Shown here: one piece after another, positions 1 through 5,543 of the stretch
Position numbering within the stretch: the stretch's first letter is position 1
Layout: the number at the start of each line of letters is the position of its first letter
DNA from: Candidatus Odinarchaeia archaeon
GTDB taxonomy: Archaea; Asgardarchaeota; Odinarchaeia; Odinarchaeales; Odinarchaeaceae
Reading direction: 5' to 3'
NCBI GenBank assembly: GCA_029856525.1
Contig: JAHQXC010000077.1
Span: 1-5,654 of the forward strand
DNA: 5,654 nucleotides
Position numbers and translations under genes: made by a program
Notes under the pieces: generated by a model
What the model was told of the DNA's origin: nothing
The model's input: only the letters and a program-made list of their open reading frames with translations
Database searches by the model: none

Positions 1-458
1 CCCTTCTCAGGCGTGTAATCGATTTCATTAAACCAATCATAGTCGAACATTGATCTAGCGATAAACCGGTTTCTATCAGTTTCTTTAATGAATTTTCTTC
101 TAAGCTCTATAGCGTCTGGTAGATCTAAATCATACCATTTTATTTTACCGTTGTCAACTCTGTTGAACGGTGTATCTAAACCCGCGCCTAGGTTTACAAT
201 AGTAGCATACGGTTTTTTCTCAATAAACTTTTTTACAAGATAGTCTAATGCCTTAGTTCTGGCTTCAATGCATATATGCGCGGCTTCATCGTAACTCTTC
301 TCTATTCTCTCAAAATCATACTTGATTTTATTAAAAATACTTGCTGCAGTCCAATCTTTAAAATCCGAGTTAGCGCATAATGTTCTTATCACTCTACTAT
401 AGAATGGTATTAGCATAGTGAACTGGAGGCTGTTCTCGTCGAACGGTATTTCGCTCAT
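1..458 (-). CDS. Class I SAM-dependent methyltransferase, LCM/TcmP-like O-methyltransferase family (partial; 3' end runs off the left edge)
   Basis: Not in the ORF track; translated by hand from ATG at 458 with no stop to position 1: MSEIPFDENSLQFTMLIPFYSR...EARTKALDYLVKKFIEKNPYATIVNLGAGLDTPFNRVDNGKIKWYDLDLPDAIELRRKFIKETDRNRFIARSMFDYDWFNEI... The motifs IVNLGAGLDT (motif I), WYDLDLP and R-x-x-F...S-M-F-D-x-x-W are typical of PF04072-like methyltransferases. A G-rich RBS-like stretch (GAGGGCGGG) lies just upstream. Confidence 0.85.
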   Translation of the reverse strand, partial: MSEIPFDENSLQFTMLIPFYSRVIRTLCANSDFKDWTAASIFNKIKYDFERIEKSYDEAAHICIEARTKALDYLVKKFIEKKPYATIVNLGAGLDTPFNRVDNGKIKWYDLDLPDAIELRRKFIKETDRNRFIARSMFDYDWFNEIDYTPEK

Positions 459-536
459 AACCCGCCCTCTGCTATTTTAAAACCCGCTGTTATTAATTAG
501 CTTATACCAATTCTTAAATATAGCTTTTTATTCTAC

Positions 537-1688
537 CTAGGTCAGCTGACTAGCTTTCTCTCTTATTCTCTTCAACATTTTTCTAGGTTTAACAACTTCA
601 GCGGGTCTTTTTTTACCGTGAACCTCTATGTAAACTATCGTCCCGTCTTTCTTATACTCTCTGTTAACATATCCTAAAGCTATCCCATATCCTTTAGGGA
701 GAAGCGGTGAATAGCTTCCGCTCGTAGTCTCACCTATTATTCTACCAGCTGCGAATATAGGAAGATGAGGGCGCGGTATGCCTTTATCTATCATGATTAA
801 TCCGACTCTAAGCTTCGATGGTTTACGCTCATTCTGCTCCGCTAAAGCCTGTTTACCTATGAAATCTTTTTTATCTAATTTAACAACGAATTTAAGCCTC
901 GCCTCTAAGGGCGTGGTCTCCTCTGTGATATCGGAGCCGTGGAGGGGCATACCCGCCTCTAATCTAAGCGTGTCACGGGCGCCTAAACCAACCGGGGTGA
1001 TCCCGAATTCACCGCCAGCCTCTAATATTCTCTCCCATAAATCCACCGCGGGTTTAGGATTCGATAAAGGCACGTTTAACTGGGATATCTCATATCCGTC
1101 TTCACCTGTATAACCTGTCCGCGTCGCATACACTTCGTAGCCGGCTAGCTTTGTTTCAATAATCTCCCCGAATCTGTAAGGCCGGTTAAGGTTTACTTCA
1201 GAGATTTTATTCAAGGTCTCTATGGCTTTCGGTCCTTGAACAGCAAACTGCGGTGTTATATCAGATATATTCTGTATCTCTACACTTCTACCTTTAGCGT
1301 GCCGTCTAAACCATTCTTCATCTTTAACCTTATTAGCCGAGTTTACAACAACGAAAAATCTCTCATCACCTAAACGATAAATTATAAGATCATCTATTAT
1401 ACCGCCTTTCTCATTACAGAGCACCGAGTACTGGCCTTCCCCAACTTTAAGGTTTTTCACATCATTAGTTGTTAAATAGTCGAGGAGGTTTTCAGCATCC
1501 GGGCCCTTGAAGATAAAGCGGCCCATATGTGTTACATCGAAAACACCTACACTGCGTCTAACAGTTAAATGCTCTTCAACTATCCCCTTCTCATACCAGA
1601 TAGGCATCTCGTAACCTGCGAATTCAACCATCTTCGCATGATTCTTATGCCAGGAGTTTAGATGAGTGATTTTAAGGCTTCCAGACAT
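537..1688 (-). CDS. gcvT: Glycine cleavage system aminomethyltransferase (T protein)
   Basis: Motifs HLNSWH...MVEFAGYEMPIWY, EEHLTVRRSVGVFDVTHMG, RTGYTGEDGYEI, GLGARDTLRLEAGMP and TSGSYSP. The ORF track starts at GTG 1697, but that GTG is part of an SD-like GGAAGGTG (1702..1695) lying 6 nt before ATG 1688, so ATG 1688 (MSGSLK...) is the more likely start. Confidence 0.96.
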   Translation of the reverse strand: MSGSLKITHLNSWHKNHAKMVEFAGYEMPIWYEKGIVEEHLTVRRSVGVFDVTHMGRFIFKGPDAENLLDYLTTNDVKNLKVGEGQYSVLCNEKGGIIDDLIIYRLGDERFFVVVNSANKVKDEEWFRRHAKGRSVEIQNISDITPQFAVQGPKAIETLNKISEVNLNRPYRFGEIIETKLAGYEVYATRTGYTGEDGYEISQLNVPLSNPKPAVDLWERILEAGGEFGITPVGLGARDTLRLEAGMPLHGSDITEETTPLEARLKFVVKLDKKDFIGKQALAEQNERKPSKLRVGLIMIDKGIPRPHLPIFAAGRIIGETTSGSYSPLLPKGYGIALGYVNREYKKDGTIVYIEVHGKKRPAEVVKPRKMLKRIREKASQLT

Positions 1689-1730
1689 TTCAGCCACCTT
1701 CCGGCAACTAATATAGTATTATTAATATGT

Positions 1731-1748
1731 TTTTAAAAGCTTTATTTC
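1731..1748. promoter_or_regulatory. Overlapping divergent archaeal BRE/TATA promoters for gcvT and folP
   Basis: The + strand reads AAAAGC-TTTATTTC, with the TATA-like box starting at 1741, 27 nt before the folP ATG. The - strand reads GAAATAAAGC-TTTTAAAA, with TATA at 1738..1731, about 50 nt before the gcvT ATG. Called from consensus and spacing only. Confidence 0.5.
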
Positions 1749-1767
1749 TCTTTTAATAATTTAATAG

Positions 1768-2616
1768 ATGATTTATATGTCGGTGAAGATCAGTATTAAA
1801 TCGAAGAATATCGGGGACGGTGAACCCCCCTGCATCATGGGAGTTATAAACTGCTCACCTGAATCCTTCTACCCGCCTTCTGTTAAATTAACTCCGAGAG
1901 ATTTAGCCGACTATACTCTAAAACTGGTTGAAGACGGAGCTGACATAATAGACGTAGGAGGCGCTTCAACCGCGCCCACATCATTTTACCCAGCCTCAAA
2001 ATACGTATCAGAGGAAGAAGAGCTTAATAGAATAGAGAAGGCGATACCTGTTATCCGAGATTGCACCAGTCTACCCATATCCGTCGACACTATGAGAGCT
2101 AAAGTAGCTGAACAAGCTTTAAAACTTGGAGCTGACATCATCAACGATGTCAGCGGTCTTAAAAAAGACGTGAACATGAAACGGGTTATCTCAGAGTACT
2201 CACCGTATCTTATTCTAATGGCTTCGAAAAAAGAAGCCGGCGATGTAAAATCGATTAACGAGATAATCAACGCGCTTAAAGAAAGCTTAAAACTCGCTTT
2301 TGAAGCTGGAGCTGACAGATCTAAAATCATCATAGACCCAGGCTTCGGCTTCGGTAAACCCTTTAATCTAAATATTCGAATATTAAAAAACCTCCAAGCT
2401 CTAAGAATACTCCGGCAGCCGATCCTAGTCGGATTATCTAGAAAAGCGTTTATAAAAAAAATAGTAGACTCAGATCAAGACACAGATATTTTAACAGGCT
2501 CATTAATCGCAGCCACAATCGCGGTTTTAAAAGGAGCGCATATAATTCGAACACACGACGTTAAAGAAGCTAAAACCCTCTCAAAATTTATTAGCAAATA
2601 CAACTTAATAGAATAA
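1768..2616 (+). CDS. folP: Dihydropteroate synthase, archaeal type
   Basis: Pterin-binding TIM-barrel motifs IMGVINCSPESF, GADIIDVGG, PISVDT, IINDVSG, IIIDPGFGFGK, LVGLSRK and GAHIIRTHDV. An alternative start is ATG 1777. Confidence 0.9.
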   Translation: MIYMSVKISIKSKNIGDGEPPCIMGVINCSPESFYPPSVKLTPRDLADYTLKLVEDGADIIDVGGASTAPTSFYPASKYVSEEEELNRIEKAIPVIRDCTSLPISVDTMRAKVAEQALKLGADIINDVSGLKKDVNMKRVISEYSPYLILMASKKEAGDVKSINEIINALKESLKLAFEAGADRSKIIIDPGFGFGKPFNLNIRILKNLQALRILRQPILVGLSRKAFIKKIVDSDQDTDILTGSLIAATIAVLKGAHIIRTHDVKEAKTLSKFISKYNLIE

Positions 2617-2630
2617 TACAGGTGGTTTAA

Positions 2631-3422
2631 ATGAATTTAGGGCTTAAAGGTAAAACAGCGATCGTAGCAGCGTCAAGCAAAGGCTTAGGATTCGAAATAG
2701 CTAAAGCCTTAGCTGAAGAAGGCGTTAAAGTTTCAATATGCGCTAGAAACGAGAGCGAACTATTGAAAGCCCGTGAAACCATAGTGAAAGAAACAGGCAG
2801 CGAAGTTCTAGCAGTTAAATGCGATCTAACAATCCAAGAAGATATTAAAAACCTCGTCGAGAAAACAGTTGAAACCTTCGGCGATGTAAACATTCTAGTT
2901 AACAATTCAGGAGGACCCCCAACCGGAATATTCACAGAACTACCATTAGAAGAATGGTTGAAAGCAGTCAAACTAAACTTGATAAGCGCGATCACACTCT
3001 CCAAACACGTCTTACCATATATGATTAAAAACCGCTGGGGGAGAATAATAAACTCCACATCATTCTCCGTTAAACAACCGATAGAAGGATTAATCCTATC
3101 AAACAGTATAAGACTAGCAGTAATAGGGTTCGCTAAAACCCTTGCAAACGAAGTTGGAAAATACAACATCACCGTAAACAACGTATGCCCAGGATACTTC
3201 AAAACAGACAGAGTTATACAACTAGCTAAAACCAAAGCTGAAAAACAGAATACAACAATCGAAAACATATTCAAAGAATGGGAGAGCCAAATACCCCTAG
3301 GCAGACTAGGAAACCCCAGAGAATACGCAGAACTCATACTATTCCTAGCATCAGAGAGAGCAAGCTATATCACAGGAGCCACCATCCAAATCGACGGCGG
3401 AATAATAAAAAGCCCACTATAA
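2631..3422 (+). CDS. Atypical short-chain dehydrogenase/reductase (BKR-like SDR subgroup lacking YxxxK)
   Basis: Rossmann motif AIVAASSKGLG, VNNSGGP, GRIINSTS, ITVNNVCPG, IPLGRLGNPREYA and YITGATIQIDGG. The catalytic segment reads LSNSIR instead of YxxxK. SD AGGTGG at 2620-2625; 14 nt after the folP stop, so probably co-transcribed. Confidence 0.9.
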   Translation: MNLGLKGKTAIVAASSKGLGFEIAKALAEEGVKVSICARNESELLKARETIVKETGSEVLAVKCDLTIQEDIKNLVEKTVETFGDVNILVNNSGGPPTGIFTELPLEEWLKAVKLNLISAITLSKHVLPYMIKNRWGRIINSTSFSVKQPIEGLILSNSIRLAVIGFAKTLANEVGKYNITVNNVCPGYFKTDRVIQLAKTKAEKQNTTIENIFKEWESQIPLGRLGNPREYAELILFLASERASYITGATIQIDGGIIKSPL

Positions 3423-3434
3423 AAACTTAAAATA
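3421..3434 (+). promoter_or_regulatory. BRE/TATA promoter of the tRNA gene
   Basis: AAAAAC-TTAAAATA overlaps the SDR stop codon. The TATA box starts 37 nt upstream of the mature tRNA 5' end, which allows a short leader. Confidence 0.55.
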
Positions 3435-3463
3435 ACACATAAAAAATAACTATTAAATAAAAA

Positions 3464-3569
3464 GCGGGGGTTCCCGAGCCAGGTCTAAGGGGTAGGACTC
3501 AGACTCCTATGCTGCAGAGTCAAATCAACGCAGACAGCTTCATGGGTTCAAATCCCATCCCCCGCACCA
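3464..3569 (+). tRNA. tRNA-Leu(CAG), archaeal type, CCA encoded, with a putative 18-nt intron in the variable arm
   Basis: Acceptor stem GCGGGGG/CCCCCGC with A73 and CCA. D arm CCCGAGCCAGGTCTAAGGG. Anticodon stem TAGGA/TCCTA with loop CT-CAG-AC. T arm ATGGG-TTCAAAT-CCCAT. The variable region (3510-3541) is 32 nt. Removing 3518-3535 gives T-GCT-GCAG-AGC-TTC (14 nt) and an 88-nt tRNA, the usual archaeal tRNA-Leu geometry. Confidence 0.93.
3518..3535 (+). other. Putative non-canonical tRNA intron (AGTCAAATCAACGCAGAC) in the variable arm
   Basis: Central 4-bp helix CTGC(3512-15)/GCAG(3530-33), 3-nt bulge AG^A(3516-18), inner helix GT/AC closing a 7-nt loop, and second bulge AC^A(3534-36). Cutting after the second nucleotide of each bulge restores a canonical Leu variable arm. 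The outer helix is imperfect (relaxed HBh'/BHL form). Confidence 0.75.
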
Positions 3570-3836
3570 CTTTTATTCAATATTATAAGAGTGATTTAAA
3601 CGGGATGAAGAGTTAAACACTTTCTGGTATTCTATAATAGTATTGCGAGTTTATTCACAAGTATTTATAAATGACTTGCGACTATATTTTATTCAAGAAT
3701 TATAACAGAACCAACGTGAATATGGTGTAATATCCAGGCTAGAAAAATCATCGAAAGGATCTTGACGTTTAGTTTAATTAATGCCGAATGAGTTTGAGTT
3801 TAAATATTCCCATGAAGGATTAGTCGGTGATTATAG

Positions 3837-4829
3837 ATGCCAATACTTGTTATTGACGATTTCAAGTATAAGCTTTGGAAACCTGAAGACGAGGAGAAAG
3901 AGTTTCACCCTATAATAAAAGAGCATTACAAACACATATTTGGTGAAGATTCTATATACTTTGACATGAAGCATAAGCTTAAATCAAAACCCGGAAGTGC
4001 CGCGATCCCTGATGCCTTTGTCATCACTTTATCTAAGCCGTATACTTGGTATATTGTTGAAAATGAATTGGCAGACCACCCGCCTTACGAGCATATAGTT
4101 CCACAGCTCACGAAATTTATAAATAACATTGAGAAATTAGAAATAAAGAACAAGATTAGAGATATTTTATACAACGAGCTGAGTAATTATAATAATAAGG
4201 AGTTAATTAAAAGAAAAACTGGCCAGGATTCATTCCAATTTTTGGACAACCTTGTTTCAGATCCTCCTAAGATTTGTATTATAATTAATGAAATAAAACC
4301 AGGATTGGAAGACGCAGTTAAAACTTTGAAGGCACCTTCTGGTATAGAAATAATTGAGTTTAAAACTTTTGAGAGTAGTAATGCTCCAAACGTTCGAGCA
4401 TATTTAATTACCGAGCCACTTTATAAGCTTGAAGAGCACGAGAATAAGAACTGGGAAAGTTCGCTTGCTCGTGCTAATAATAACTTAAAAGAATTAGTTG
4501 ATATTTTAAGCAAGCAAATAGAAGAATTAGGGGATGTGAAGAAGGAAGTTAGTGGAAAATACTTATGTTTTTACAAAATACAACAAGGTGTAAGGTCAAT
4601 ATTTACGGCATTTATATTGACCACAGGCGCGCTTAAAGTCAGAATTAGAACAAACCCGAACACGTTCAGTGACCCACAGAAATTGACGGGAGATAAAATT
4701 TACAAAGGCTGGTTCTTTAAGAAAATAGGACAAGAAAGAGAGTTTAAGATAACAAGTAAAGAATCCATACCATACGCAATGGAATTGATAAGACACTCCT
4801 ATGAATTTAGCGGTAAGCAAGAGCTATGA
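3837..4829 (+). CDS. Putative PD-(D/E)XK-superfamily (NucS/restriction endonuclease-like) nuclease with a DUF5655-like C-terminal domain
   Basis: SD GGTGA at 3826-3830 and TATA-like TTTAAATA at 3799-3806. The N-terminal EEKEFHPIIKEHYKHIFG helix is followed by PDAFVI...WYIVENEL (PD...E-x-E variant). The C-terminal ~120 aa (LKELVDILSKQIEELGDV...LKVRIR...FSDPQKL...EFKITSKESIPYAMELIRHSYE) resembles DUF5655. Domain calls come from motif recognition, not a search. Confidence 0.6.
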   Translation: MPILVIDDFKYKLWKPEDEEKEFHPIIKEHYKHIFGEDSIYFDMKHKLKSKPGSAAIPDAFVITLSKPYTWYIVENELADHPPYEHIVPQLTKFINNIEKLEIKNKIRDILYNELSNYNNKELIKRKTGQDSFQFLDNLVSDPPKICIIINEIKPGLEDAVKTLKAPSGIEIIEFKTFESSNAPNVRAYLITEPLYKLEEHENKNWESSLARANNNLKELVDILSKQIEELGDVKKEVSGKYLCFYKIQQGVRSIFTAFILTTGALKVRIRTNPNTFSDPQKLTGDKIYKGWFFKKIGQEREFKITSKESIPYAMELIRHSYEFSGKQEL

Positions 4830-4900
4830 AACATGTGTAACTTTCTTGTTTATTTCTGTGGGTACTGTTAGCTCTGTATTATTCTTCCAATAACTTGCTT

Positions 4901-4931
4901 TATAACAGAAATCTAGGTTTAATCTGTTATA
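4901..4931. repeat. Inverted repeat TATAACAGA-N13-TCTGTTATA
   Basis: Perfect 9-bp arms at 4901-4909 and 4923-4931. The spacer holds the near-palindrome AATCTAGGTT. Confidence 0.6.
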
Positions 4932-5101
4932 CTTGAGAACTTATAACTGAAGGGGTCGTAGGGCTAGGATGGTATTCCAGAAGCCACAGCGAATTAATAG
5001 GTTTTTCAAACCGTTTTATGATGAAAAATAGCCCCCCATCAAAGTTATGGGGATATAAAAACTTAACTTAGAAGATTCATCGACAGCATAAATTTTTGTA
5101 A

Positions 5102-5277
5102 CCTGAGCTCTCCGTGTTAGTCTTGTATGTAAATGATTAATGCTAAGAAGTATTAGTTAAACACTCAATAAGGCCGATGTCAAAATTGTGAAAGAACCGT
5201 CTACATACATTTAAAAGAGCAGATTGGCATTTCTCACGCTCCTAGAAGAGAGCGGACTCAGTTTCATCGAAAAATGA
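5102..5277 (+). pseudogene. Possible decayed VOC/glyoxalase-family gene (C-terminal half)
   Basis: The frame from 5102 reads PELSVLVLYVND*C*EVL. The frame from 5161 reads TLNKADVKIVKEPSTYI*KSRLAFLTLLEESGLSFIEK*. Together they resemble the VOC pattern (L/F)YVDDV...L..aGVKIVKEP..y.WG.RlAff.DPeGn.lelIE, with stops and a frameshift. Recognised by eye only. Confidence 0.3.
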
Positions 5278-5308
5278 GTTATGCATATCTGAGTCATATT
5301 TTTTCTAT

Positions 5309-5331
5309 TTTTACAAGTGAACTTTGTAAAA
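5309..5331. promoter_or_regulatory. Operator-like palindrome TTTTACAA-N7-TTGTAAAA
   Basis: Perfect 8-bp arms at 5309-5316 and 5324-5331 in non-coding DNA, about 210 nt upstream of the final CDS. Confidence 0.35.
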
Positions 5332-5494
5332 GGTAGTAAAGATCTTTGCAATATCTACCACCTTACTAGGCTTCTCTACCATTCAGCAGATACCCATTAG
5401 AATAAGAGTATTATCAATTAGTTTATGTTAAAAGTGGCTGATTTATAATATGTGGATTTAAGAAAATCGAATTTTGATATATCATTTTTATACC

Positions 5495-5510
5495 GGCAAA
5501 CCTTTTCATA
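5495..5510 (+). promoter_or_regulatory. Candidate BRE/TATA for the MerA-like gene
   Basis: GGCAAA-CC-TTTTCATA, with the TATA-like box at 5503-5510. This would place the start site near 5530, just before SD-like GGGTG (5533-5537) and ATG 5544. Confidence 0.35.
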
Positions 5511-5543
5511 TCATGTTTTGAATACTTATTATGGGTGTTGTTT

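Noticed and set aside
778-1113. 111-aa + strand ORF
   Set aside because: Fully antisense to well-conserved gcvT, with no recognisable motifs or RBS; a shadow ORF.
1986-2333. 115-aa - strand ORF
   Set aside because: Antisense to folP, Ser/Leu-rich, with no motifs; a shadow ORF.
1768-2616. sul-type sulfonamide resistance gene
   Set aside because: It keeps DPGFGFGK and lacks the Phe-Gly insertion characteristic of Sul enzymes. It also sits in a housekeeping context.
2627-3337. 236-aa - strand ORF
   Set aside because: Antisense to the SDR. The scarcity of T on the + strand (so of A on the - strand) removes stop codons there, and the translation is an implausible Phe/Ser/Leu-rich sequence.
3464-3569. 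Reading the tRNA as tRNA-Sec (UCA in ACTCAGA plus a long variable arm)
   Set aside because: The TAGGA/TCCTA stem centres CAG. The fold is 7/5 rather than the archaeal Sec 9/4, the discriminator is A73 rather than G73, and the D arm is Leu-type.
3781-3915. 44-codon ORF (MPNEFEFKYS...) overlapping the nuclease start out of frame
   Set aside because: No SD and no recognisable product, whereas ATG 3837 has a well-placed GGTGA.
4596-4820. 74-aa - strand ORF
   Set aside because: Antisense to the C-terminal domain of the nuclease gene, with no supporting signals.
5034-5052. Hairpin CCCCAT-CAAAGTT-ATGGGG (possible IS200/IS605 end or att remnant)
   Set aside because: The 6-bp stem is real, but there is no partner end, transposase or match to the tRNA T-arm loop, so it cannot be assigned.
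4830-5540. ORB boxes of an archaeal replication origin
   Set aside because: Only weak fragments (e.g. TTCCAGAAG near 4974 and GAAGGGG near 4949). No repeated TTCCAnTGGAAA...GGGG consensus, so no origin is called despite the skew flip.
3570-5540. CRISPR array or tandem repeat array in the non-coding stretches
   Set aside because: No regularly spaced repeats of 24-40 nt were found.
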